From positions 1 to 51,120 of the forward strand of contig DATDKA010000150.1 of assembly GCA_036520235.1 (NCBI GenBank): DNA of 51,120 nucleotides, in the 5' to 3' direction. The position numbers and the translations under genes were made by a program. The stretch is from Gaiellaceae bacterium. GTDB lineage: Bacteria > Actinomycetota > Thermoleophilia > Gaiellales > Gaiellaceae. The notes beneath the pieces were generated by a model, which saw only the letters and a program-made list of their open reading frames with translations, was not told where the DNA came from and searched no databases. This document shows, piece after piece, positions 42,012-50,285 of this stretch (positions are counted from its first letter, which is position 1; the number at the start of each line of letters is the position of its first letter).

Positions 42012-43733
42012 GTGCTGCGTAGAGCGTTCATTATGTGCCTGCTTGCAGGCGTTTTCGCGGCGCCTGCCGCCGCCGCGCCGCAGGTGCTGATGCCGGGCGT
42101 GACGTACGACAAGCGCCTCACGTTCACCCGCTTCGGCCCGATGCGGCTGCACATCCTGACCGCGCCCAAGCCGACGGGCCCGCTGTACAAGCTCCAGCCG
42201 GTGCTCTCGAACGGAGCCGTCCTCGGCCGCGAGCGCGTGACGTCGATGGAGCGCCGCGCCGCGGCCAGCTCGACCACGGCAGGGGTGAACGGCGACCTCT
42301 TCACCTGGGCGGATGGAATCCCCTCCAGTGGACTGATCCAGGACGGCGTCCTGAAGTCGACGCCGCACCCGAAGCGCTCGATGGCGGGCGTGGACGCCGG
42401 CGGAAACCTGCGCGTCGATCGGATCGCAATGTTGGGGACCTGGCAGGGTCTCGGGCCTCGCCGCCCGGTGCACCTGATCAACCGGCCGCCGGGGCCGAAC
42501 GGCACGACCCTCTACACGCCTGCCTACGGTGCCTCGACGCCGACGACCGGCGGTGTCGTCGAGGCGGTGCTGACGCCGTTCCCGTCCGCGACGCCGAACA
42601 CCGACCTCGTCGGGTACGTCTCCGAGAACCGCCGCGGGGGTACGCCCATCCCGCCGGGCGGCGCCGTGCTCGCGGCGCGTGGGTCACAGGCCCAGCGACT
42701 CCTGATCGAGGCCGCGGCGAGCCAGCTCGTGACGGTCCGACTGATCCTGCGCCCGGACTGGCGTGACGTCCCCGAGGCGCTGGGCGGCGGGCCCGTGCTC
42801 GTCCGCGCCGGCAAGCCGATCTTCCAGGCCGGTGAGGACTTCACCACGTACCACTTGAACCGCCGGCACCCGCGAACAGCCATCGGCCAACGCGCCGACG
42901 GTCGGATCGTGATGGTCGTCGTCGACGGCCGCCGGCCGGGCTACTCGGCCGGGATGACGAACTTCGAGCTCGCACAGACGATGCTCCGGCTCGGCTGTGT
43001 GACCGCCTCGGCGCTCGACGCCGGCGGTTCCTCGACGATGGCGTTCGACGGGCAGCTGCTCAGCCGGCCCTCGGACACCGGCGGGGAGCGGATGGTCTCC
43101 GAGGCCATGCTCGTCACTTACTACGGCGTCTACACCCCGCCGCCCGAGCTTTCGTTCTCACCGAACGGCGACGGCGCAGGCGACCGCCAGACGCTGAGCT
43201 ACAAGATCGTGCGGCCCTCGAGCATCAACGCGACGCTCGTGGGCCCCGGCGGCGCAGGCCGGACGATCGACGAGGGGAGCCGCCGGCCGGGCGTCTACAG
43301 GTTCGACTGGACCGGCAAGCAGGGCGGCGCGGCCGAGCCGGAGGGCCGCTGGCGCTTCCAGGTCAACGCGGTCGACAACCAGGGCCAGCAGTCGAGCGCC
43401 GACCGCTCGTTCACGCTCAACAACACGCTCGGCTTTCTCACCGTCCAGCCTTCACGGGCTGTCGTCCGGCGCAACCGCGGTGGCCGGATCACGATCGGTT
43501 TCCAGCTGACGCGGCCGGCGCGGGTGAGCATCTCGATCACCTCGAAGACCGGCCAGCTGCTCCGCGTCGTGCGGAACGCGCAGGCGCCTGCAGGTAAGGT
43601 GCTGGCGAACTGGGACGGGCGCTACCCGAACAAGCGCGTCGTCTTCTCGGGCACGTATGTGGCCAAGGTGACGGCGACGAACGCGATCGGGCGCGTGGAC
43701 CTGGCGCGCTCCTTCCGCATCCGGCGTCGCTAG
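42012..43733 (+). CDS. Secreted phosphodiester-glycosidase-family protein (NAGPA/DUF2233-like) with Ig-like C-terminal repeats
   Basis: Signal peptide MLRRAFIMCLLAGVFAAPAAAAP. GGGPVLVRAGKPI, HPRTAIGQRADGRIVMVVVDGRRPGYSAGMT..ELAQTMLRLGCVTASALDAGGSSTMAF. Confidence 0.8.
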   Translation: MLRRAFIMCLLAGVFAAPAAAAPQVLMPGVTYDKRLTFTRFGPMRLHILTAPKPTGPLYKLQPVLSNGAVLGRERVTSMERRAAASSTTAGVNGDLFTWADGIPSSGLIQDGVLKSTPHPKRSMAGVDAGGNLRVDRIAMLGTWQGLGPRRPVHLINRPPGPNGTTLYTPAYGASTPTTGGVVEAVLTPFPSATPNTDLVGYVSENRRGGTPIPPGGAVLAARGSQAQRLLIEAAASQLVTVRLILRPDWRDVPEALGGGPVLVRAGKPIFQAGEDFTTYHLNRRHPRTAIGQRADGRIVMVVVDGRRPGYSAGMTNFELAQTMLRLGCVTASALDAGGSSTMAFDGQLLSRPSDTGGERMVSEAMLVTYYGVYTPPPELSFSPNGDGAGDRQTLSYKIVRPSSINATLVGPGGAGRTIDEGSRRPGVYRFDWTGKQGGAAEPEGRWRFQVNAVDNQGQQSSADRSFTLNNTLGFLTVQPSRAVVRRNRGGRITIGFQLTRPARVSISITSKTGQLLRVVRNAQAPAGKVLANWDGRYPNKRVVFSGTYVAKVTATNAIGRVDLARSFRIRRR

Positions 43734-45832
43734 CTCGGGACTTCGACCTCGCCGCTGCGCGAAATCGGCCGCCAGTGGAGCGGGGTTCCGCGGATCGCCG
43801 TGAGGACGGACTCGATCACGACGAGGTACATCACCTGCCGGTAGATGAACTGCTGCAGGGGCATCGACCAGAGCACGCGCGGTGACTCCCCGTCGAGGCG
43901 GAACGCGTACCAGCCGAGGCCGAGCTGTAGCGTCGTGAAGACGAGCCAGAACGCGAGCACCTCCCGGACCTGCAGGAAGAGCAGCCCGTAGAGCGAGAAG
44001 AGATCGACGAGCGGCGCGAGTAGCGGCAGCGTGATCTGGAACAGCACGAGGTACGGGAGGCCGCGGCGGCCGATCCGGCTCTCGCTGCGACGCCACATCG
44101 CCGCCCGGTGCTTCCAGACCGCCTGCAGCGTCCCGTAGCTCCAGCGGTAGCGCTGGCGCCAGAGCGCGCGGAGCGACGACGGCGCCTCGGTCCAGGCGCG
44201 CGCGTCCTCGACGTAGACGACGCGCCAGCCGGCGCGGCCCACCGCAATCGTCAGGTCCGTGTCCTCGGCGAGCGTCGCCGACGAGACGCCCCCGACGTCC
44301 AGGAGCGTCTGGCGCCGGAAAGCGCCGATCGCTCCCGGGACGGTCGGCATGCACTGCAGCGTGTCGTGCAGCCGGCGGTCGAGGTTGAAGCCCATCACGT
44401 ACTCGATGTGCTGCCAGCGCCCGAGCAGGCTGCGCCGGTTCCCGACCTTGGTGTTCCCCGAGACGCCGCCGACCTCGGGCGAGCCGAACGGCTGGACGAG
44501 CTTGCGGAGCGTCCCCGGCTCGAAAACCGTGTCGGCGTCCACCATCACGATCACCGCGTGGCGAGCGGCCTCGATCCCACGGTTCAGCGCCGCGGGCTTG
44601 CCGCGGTTCGGCTGGCGCAGCACCAGCACATTCGGGGCCCGGAGCGCCTCGACGAGCTCAGCCGTGCCGTCGGTGGAACCGTCGTCGACGACGATCACCT
44701 CGAACTCCGGGTAGTCGCTCGAGACGAGTGAGCGCACGGTGCGCTCGATCCCGACCGCCTCGTTGTAGGCGGGCACGACGATGGAGACGGGCTCCTCGAA
44801 GCTCTCATCGGTCGCCCGGCGCCTCGTGGTGCGGGCGTGGCGATTGGCGAAGGCAAAGAGCAGGGCCATGCGGGCGACGAAGAGGATCGTCACCAGGGCC
44901 AGGAGCGCCGCGAGCGCGCCTGTCGTCCAGCGGGCGACACCGAGGGTGCCCAGCAGTAAGCGGCCCTTCACGCGGCCCCAGTCGCCGGCCGGCAGCTCGA
45001 CGTCCTGGGGCGGCAGATGCGCGAGCGCCGACACGGACACGAACTCGAAGCCGCGCGCGCGGAGGCGGGGCACGGCCTGCTCGAGTGCGGCGATGGTCTG
45101 CGAGCGGTCACCGCCGCCGTCGTGGAGGAGGACGATCCCGCCGTTCTCACCCTTGGGCGTGATGCGGCGGGCGATTTCGGCGGCGCCCGGGCGCCGCCAG
45201 TCCTCGCCGTCGAGGTTGGACAGCGCGATCACATAGCCGTCCCGGGCGAGGTCGACGAGCGGCACCACCTGGCGGTTGGTGACGGCGGCCGGGGTGGCCG
45301 AGTACGGCGGCCGCACGAGCCGGAGGCGCTTGCCCATCGCGCCGGCGACGGCGTTGTCGGTCAGGCCGATCTGGAGGTTGCGCTCCCAGCCCGGCAGCAT
45401 CGCGAGGTCGGCGTGGGTAAAGGTGTGGTTGCCGAGCTCGAACCCGTCCGCGGCCAGGCTGCGGACGATGTCCGGGTGCCGCGCCACCTGGCTGCCGACC
45501 ACGAAGAACGTCGCCGGGACGCCGAGCCGGCGGAGCGTGGCTGCGATCCGCGGCGTCCAGCGAGCGTTTGGCCCGTCGTCGAAGGTCAGCGCGAGCTTCT
45601 TGCCCGGGTACTTGGCCCGCGAGGTCAGCCGGTGGCCGTCCCACGCGAGGATCGGCCCCGCCGAGGCGAGCGGTCCTTCGGACGTGCGAAGCGGCGTCGC
45701 GCTGCGTCCCGTCGTCCTGGTCGAGAGCCCCTGCACGGCCAGGAGCACGAGCAGCGGGACGAAGAGGAGGGCGAGGAGCGTCCATCGCGCCGCAGGCCCA
45801 CCGGTCCGCGTACGCGCTCCCGGCGCAGGCAC
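43730..45832 (-). CDS. Bifunctional polysaccharide deacetylase (NodB) + family-2 glycosyltransferase; PNAG-synthase/MatB-like
   Basis: LTFDDGPNARWTPRIAATLRRLGVPATFFVVG. VSIVVPAYNEAVGIERTVRSLV..VIVVDDGSTDGT. VMVDADT. QRYRWSYG (QxxRW). C-terminal TM helices. Confidence 0.88.
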   Translation of the reverse strand: MPAPGARTRTGGPAARWTLLALLFVPLLVLLAVQGLSTRTTGRSATPLRTSEGPLASAGPILAWDGHRLTSRAKYPGKKLALTFDDGPNARWTPRIAATLRRLGVPATFFVVGSQVARHPDIVRSLAADGFELGNHTFTHADLAMLPGWERNLQIGLTDNAVAGAMGKRLRLVRPPYSATPAAVTNRQVVPLVDLARDGYVIALSNLDGEDWRRPGAAEIARRITPKGENGGIVLLHDGGGDRSQTIAALEQAVPRLRARGFEFVSVSALAHLPPQDVELPAGDWGRVKGRLLLGTLGVARWTTGALAALLALVTILFVARMALLFAFANRHARTTRRRATDESFEEPVSIVVPAYNEAVGIERTVRSLVSSDYPEFEVIVVDDGSTDGTAELVEALRAPNVLVLRQPNRGKPAALNRGIEAARHAVIVMVDADTVFEPGTLRKLVQPFGSPEVGGVSGNTKVGNRRSLLGRWQHIEYVMGFNLDRRLHDTLQCMPTVPGAIGAFRRQTLLDVGGVSSATLAEDTDLTIAVGRAGWRVVYVEDARAWTEAPSSLRALWRQRYRWSYGTLQAVWKHRAAMWRRSESRIGRRGLPYLVLFQITLPLLAPLVDLFSLYGLLFLQVREVLAFWLVFTTLQLGLGWYAFRLDGESPRVLWSMPLQQFIYRQVMYLVVIESVLTAIRGTPLHWRPISRSGEVEVPS

Positions 45833-45836
45833 CTGC

Positions 45837-46514
45837 CTACGCCTTCGCTGGCGGCTTGTCCGGCTTCTGCTGGCCCGGCGGTGCAGGCGGCGGAGGCGGC
45901 GCGGGCTGTGTCGCGTCGGTCCGCTTCACCTGACCCTGCGGCGTCTTCGTCTGACCCTGCGGAGTCTTCGTCGGCGCGGCAGCCTTCTGTGCCTGTCCGG
46001 GGGGCGCGGTCAGCCCGCGGCGCTCGAGGCCGCGCGCGACGCGCGTAGCGGTTGCAGGCTGGGCCGCGGACGGCGAGGTTGCGGCAACCGGCGCGGCCGC
46101 TCGACGGCGTGCAGGAGCCGTGCGCGTCCGGGATGTCGATGAACGTGACTTCCCGCGGGAAGGATGGAGGGCGGTCGTCGCGGTTACGGCAGAAGCGCGA
46201 ACGACCGCAGCGCGGTTCACCCTTGCGGCGCGGACGACGGCTCGAACCGAGTCGCGCCGGGCGGTCGGCGTTGAGACCGGCCGCTGCTCATGCCGCTTCG
46301 CCTTGCCGCCTCCGTCCGGAAGCGGCAGCGAAACCCCGGGCAGCCGTCCGAGCCCGAGCATCCCGACGGCGAGCGCGGCCACCCACAGGGTCGCGACCGC
46401 CAGCGCCGCGAGTGCGAGTCGCCGGGCAATGCGCGAGCGCCGGTCGTCGTCCGTCACGAAAACGGCCCGCTCGACGGGCGCCGTGGTCAGCTTCTCCTGT
46501 GCGATCGAGGTCAT
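45837..46514 (-). CDS. Membrane-anchored low-complexity (Ala/Pro/Thr/Arg-rich) protein, MatA-position partner of the GT2 gene
   Basis: ATG 46514 with GAGGA 8 nt upstream. TM LALAALAVATLWVAALAVGMLGL. Tail with TKTPQGQTKTPQGQ and PPPPPAPPGQQKPDKPPAKA. 4-nt gap to the GT2 GTG. Confidence 0.6.
   Translation of the reverse strand: MTSIAQEKLTTAPVERAVFVTDDDRRSRIARRLALAALAVATLWVAALAVGMLGLGRLPGVSLPLPDGGGKAKRHEQRPVSTPTARRDSVRAVVRAARVNRAAVVRASAVTATTALHPSRGKSRSSTSRTRTAPARRRAAAPVAATSPSAAQPATATRVARGLERRGLTAPPGQAQKAAAPTKTPQGQTKTPQGQVKRTDATQPAPPPPPAPPGQQKPDKPPAKA
45930..45971. repeat. Tandem 21-bp direct repeat (2 copies, 20/21 identical)
   Basis: CTGACCCTGCGGCGTCTTCGT / CTGACCCTGCGGAGTCTTCGT. It encodes TKTPQGQ twice on the reverse strand. 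Confidence 0.85.
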
Positions 46515-46623
46515 AGGGACGTCCTCAGGTCGAACGATGCCCCGTTTTCGCCCTACGCACCCGCCACTTTCGTGGGATTTGCAGAACTTTTACAGACCGG
46601 CGTCCTCCGGCTGGCCCGCCGCC

Positions 46624-46629
46624 TAGACT
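46624..46629 (+). promoter_or_regulatory. -10-like hexamer TAGACT, 8 nt upstream of the dedA GTG (leaderless candidate)
   Basis: TAGACT-CGGGTCCG-GTG(46638). No SD. Confidence 0.4.
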
Positions 46630-46637
46630 CGGGTCCG

Positions 46638-47315
46638 GTGCTCGGCGCGATCACGGATGCCCTGACGACGCTCGTCGGCGACCACGGGATCTACGCCGTG
46701 TTCATCCTGATGCTGATCGACGCGCTCTTCCCCGCCGCGAGCGAGATCGTGATGGTGTACGCCGGCGCCGTCGCCGCCGGAGCGTTCGCGGGCCAGAACG
46801 TCGTCCTCTTCGGCCACCAGATCGAGTCGAACGGCTGGGCGTATGTCGCAATGGCGACCGCGGGGACGCTCGGCTACGTCACCGGCTCGATCCTGGGGTG
46901 GGCGGTCGGCTTCTACGGAGGACGCCCGCTGATCGAGCGGCGCGGCCGGCTGCTCCACCTGACGCCGGAGAACGTCCACCGTGCGGACGCGTGGTTCGAG
47001 CGCTTTGGCGACCTCACGGTCCTGATCAGCCGCGTCACGCCTGTGATCAGGTCGTTCATCTCAATCCCGGCAGGCGTCGTGCGGATGCCGCTCGGCCGCT
47101 ACACGCTCCTGACGATCCCCGGCTCAGCCGCCTGGGCCTTCGGGATCGCCGGGATCGGCTACGCGCTCGGAGCGAACTGGGAGACCTTCCACCACGACTT
47201 CAGGTACGCCGAGTACGTCGTGGTGCTGGCAATCGTGGCGCTGATCGCGGCAGCGATAGTCCGTCATCGGCGCGCGTCTAGACTGACTCGCCGTGCCGAG
47301 GATCCCGCTCGTTGA
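46638..47315 (+). CDS. DedA-family membrane protein
   Basis: VFILMLIDALFPAASEIVMVYAGAVAA...WFERFGDLTVLISRVTPVIRSFISIPAGVVRMPLGRY. Confidence 0.85.
   Translation: MLGAITDALTTLVGDHGIYAVFILMLIDALFPAASEIVMVYAGAVAAGAFAGQNVVLFGHQIESNGWAYVAMATAGTLGYVTGSILGWAVGFYGGRPLIERRGRLLHLTPENVHRADAWFERFGDLTVLISRVTPVIRSFISIPAGVVRMPLGRYTLLTIPGSAAWAFGIAGIGYALGANWETFHHDFRYAEYVVVLAIVALIAAAIVRHRRASRLTRRAEDPAR
47279..47284 (+). promoter_or_regulatory. -10-like hexamer TAGACT, 8 nt upstream of the degT-like GTG (leaderless candidate, inside the dedA 3' end)
   Basis: TAGACT-GACTCGCC-GTG(47293). Same hexamer and spacing as 46624. Confidence 0.35.
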
Positions 47316-48375
47316 CGTCAAGGCGCAGTACGCGCCGCTGATCGAAGAGCTCGGCGAACGGTTCCGCGCCGTCCTCGAGTCGGGCACCTTCATCCGCGGG
47401 CCGAACGTCGCGGCCTTCGAGGAGGAGGCGGCCGCCTACCTGGGCGTGGAGCGCACCGTCGGAGTTGCGAACGGCACCGACGCGCTCGTGCTCGTCCTCG
47501 ACGCGATGGGGATCGGGCCCGGCGACGAGGTGATCTGCCCGGCGTTCACGTTCTATGCGACGGCCGAGTCGATCGCGCGCCGCGGCGCCACGCCCGTCTT
47601 CGCCGACATCGATCCGGTCACGCTCAACCTCGACCCCGAGGACGTGGCGGGCCGAATCACGGAGCGGACCCGCGCGATCATGCCGGTGCACCTGTTCGGC
47701 CGCCCGGCGCCGATCGCGGAGCTGGCGAAGCTCGGGCTGCCACTCGTGGAGGACGCCGCGCAGGCGTTCGGCTCGCCGGGGATCGCGAGCTCGGTCGTCT
47801 CGACCTTCAGCTTCTACCCGACGAAGAACCTCTTCGGCCTCGGGGACGGCGGCCTCGTCGCCGCGAACGACGCCGACCTCGCCGACCGCGTCCGGATGCT
47901 CGCCTTCCACGGCTCCCGCGACAAGACCGACTTCCAGTTCATCGGCTACAACTCGCGCCTCGACGAGCTGCAGGCGGCCTTCCTCCGGCTCTTCCTCACC
48001 CGGCTGGACGAGTGGACGCGCGGCCGCCGCGAGGCGGCGGCCCGGTATGCGGAGCTCGGGCTCGGCGAGCTGGTGCAGCTGCCCGAGGACGAGACCGGCC
48101 ACGTCTACCACCTGTTCGTCTGTCGCTCGCCGGAGCGAGATCGGATCCGCGAGGCGCTCGCCTCGGCCGAGATCGCCTCCGCGACCTACTACACGACGCC
48201 GCTCCACCTCCAGCCCGCGCTTCGCTTCCTCGGCTGGGAGCGCGGGTCGCTGCCGGAGACCGAGCGGGCCGCGGAGGAGAACTTCTCGATCCCGCTCTGG
48301 CCCGGGATCCCGGTGGACGTGCAGGAGCGTGTGGTGGAGACGGTGAAGTCTGCGGTCGGCGTGGGGGTCGGGTGA
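47293..48375 (+). CDS. DegT/DnrJ/EryC1/StrS-family PLP-dependent sugar aminotransferase
   Basis: IPLVDVKAQYAPLIEEL, FIRGPNVAAFEEEAAAYLG, ANGTDALVLVL, FSFYPTKNL (PLP Lys). Confidence 0.9.
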   Translation: MPRIPLVDVKAQYAPLIEELGERFRAVLESGTFIRGPNVAAFEEEAAAYLGVERTVGVANGTDALVLVLDAMGIGPGDEVICPAFTFYATAESIARRGATPVFADIDPVTLNLDPEDVAGRITERTRAIMPVHLFGRPAPIAELAKLGLPLVEDAAQAFGSPGIASSVVSTFSFYPTKNLFGLGDGGLVAANDADLADRVRMLAFHGSRDKTDFQFIGYNSRLDELQAAFLRLFLTRLDEWTRGRREAAARYAELGLGELVQLPEDETGHVYHLFVCRSPERDRIREALASAEIASATYYTTPLHLQPALRFLGWERGSLPETERAAEENFSIPLWPGIPVDVQERVVETVKSAVGVGVG

Positions 48376-50285
48376 CTTTTCCGTTGAACCGCCATCGGCT
48401 CTGGCAGCTGGTGGCGGATGCCGCGCTGATCGCGGCCGCCTGGTACCTCGCCTTCCAGCTTCGCTTCGACTTCAACGTCCCGCCGCGGTTCGGGGACGCC
48501 CTGCTGCGAACGACGATCCTGGTCGTCGGGATCAAGCTCGCCGTCTTCATCGCCTTCGGCTTCTACAACCGCTGGTGGCGCTACGTCTCGACGCGGGACA
48601 TCTGGCGGGCCGCGCTGGGCGTGCTCGTCGCGTCGGCTCTGGCCGCGCTGGCCGTCTACTTCACCGACCCCTTCGAGCGCCGGCTACCGCGAGGCGTCGT
48701 CCTGATGGACTTCGTGTTGCTGCTCGGCTTCGTCGCAGGCACGCGCCTCCTCGCCCGCAGCATCTTCGAGCGCCCGACGCCGTCGAGGTTCGTCGCGCGC
48801 GGCAAGGAGGTGATCGTCGTCGGCGCCGGCGACGCGGGTCAGCTCGTGATCCGCGAGATGCAACGGTCGCGGCAACTCGGCTACACCCCGATCGGTCTGG
48901 TGGACGACGACCCGCGCAAGAAGAACCTCCGCGTGCACGGCGTGCGGGTGCTCGGGACGACCGAGGAGCTGCCGCACGTCCTGCGGGACAACCGTCCGGA
49001 CGAGCTCCTGATCGCGATCCCCTCCGCCTCCGGTGAGGACCGCCAGAAGATCGTGGAGGTCGCGAGACGCGAGAGTGTCCCGGTCAAGACGCTGCCGGGC
49101 CTCTACGAGCTGATCTCGGACGACGACAACCTCGCGGGCCGGATCCGGCCGATCGAAGTCGAGGACGTCCTGGGTCGGGAGCCCGTCGAGGTCGACCTCG
49201 AGGCGATCTCGAAGTACCTCGAGGGCGAAACGGTGCTCGTGACGGGCGCGGGCGGCTCGATCGGCTCGGAGCTCTGCCGGCAGATCGCGCGCGCGCGACC
49301 CCGACGCCTCGTCCTCGTCGATCAGGGCGAGACGCCGCTCTTCGAGATCGAGCGCGAGCTCGTCGACGAGCGCGACTTCACGGCCTCGATCCCGGTCCTG
49401 GCCGACGTCTCGAACCGGACCCGGATGCGCCACGTCTTCGAGCGGTACCGGCCCGCTGTCGTCTTCCACGCTGCCGCCTACAAGCACGTCCCGCTGATGG
49501 AGGCGAACCCGCTCGAGTCGGTGCGGAACAACGTGCTGGCGACGAAGGTGGTCGCCGACACGGCGGTCGAGTTCGGCGCGAAACGCTTCGTCCTGATCTC
49601 GACCGACAAGGCCTTGAACCCGCGCGCGGTCTACGGCCAGTGCAAGGCGCTCTGCGAGTGGATCGTCGAGGCGTACGGAAGTCGCGAGGACGTGCCGACG
49701 CGGTTCGTGGCCGTCCGGTTCGGCAACGTGCTCGGCTCGGCCGGCAGCGTGATCACGATCTTCCGCCGCCAAATCGCGAAGGGCGGGCCCGTAACGATCA
49801 CGCACCCCGAGATGACCCGTTACTTCATGACCACGCCGGAGGCTGCCTCGCTCGTCGTCCAGGCGGGCGCGATCGGCGGCCGCGGCGAGATCTTCGTTCT
49901 CGACATGGGCGAGCCGGTCTCGATCCTGGAGTTGGCGCGCGACATGATTCGCCTCTCGGGGAAGGAGCCCGAGCGCGAGGTCCCGATCGAGTTCATCGGC
50001 GTGCGGGCGGGGGAGAAGCTCCACGAGGAGCTGTGGGGCGCGGACGAGGAGATCGCCGACACCGGCCACGCGAAGATCCGGCGTGCGCGACGCATTCCGA
50101 TCACCGCAGCGTGGCTCGACGAGGAGCTCGCGGCGCTCGAGGTGCTGGTTCGCGACGGGGAGACGCTCGACGCCGTTTCGCGGCTCTCGACGATGGTGAA
50201 GGCGCCGGTACGGAGCGCGCTAGGGCGCGAGGAGCAGTTCGAGGAGCTCGGCCGGGTCGCGCCGGATCCGTTCTCGACCGGCTGA
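48372..50285 (+). CDS. Membrane-bound nucleotide-sugar 4,6-dehydratase (CapD/PglF/WbpM-like)
   Basis: GTGA overlap. 4 N-terminal TM helices. VIVVGAGDAG, VLVTGAGGSIGSELCRQI, AAYKHVPLME, ISTDKA. Confidence 0.9.
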   Translation: MTFPLNRHRLWQLVADAALIAAAWYLAFQLRFDFNVPPRFGDALLRTTILVVGIKLAVFIAFGFYNRWWRYVSTRDIWRAALGVLVASALAALAVYFTDPFERRLPRGVVLMDFVLLLGFVAGTRLLARSIFERPTPSRFVARGKEVIVVGAGDAGQLVIREMQRSRQLGYTPIGLVDDDPRKKNLRVHGVRVLGTTEELPHVLRDNRPDELLIAIPSASGEDRQKIVEVARRESVPVKTLPGLYELISDDDNLAGRIRPIEVEDVLGREPVEVDLEAISKYLEGETVLVTGAGGSIGSELCRQIARARPRRLVLVDQGETPLFEIERELVDERDFTASIPVLADVSNRTRMRHVFERYRPAVVFHAAAYKHVPLMEANPLESVRNNVLATKVVADTAVEFGAKRFVLISTDKALNPRAVYGQCKALCEWIVEAYGSREDVPTRFVAVRFGNVLGSAGSVITIFRRQIAKGGPVTITHPEMTRYFMTTPEAASLVVQAGAIGGRGEIFVLDMGEPVSILELARDMIRLSGKEPEREVPIEFIGVRAGEKLHEELWGADEEIADTGHAKIRRARRIPITAAWLDEELAALEVLVRDGETLDAVSRLSTMVKAPVRSALGREEQFEELGRVAPDPFSTG

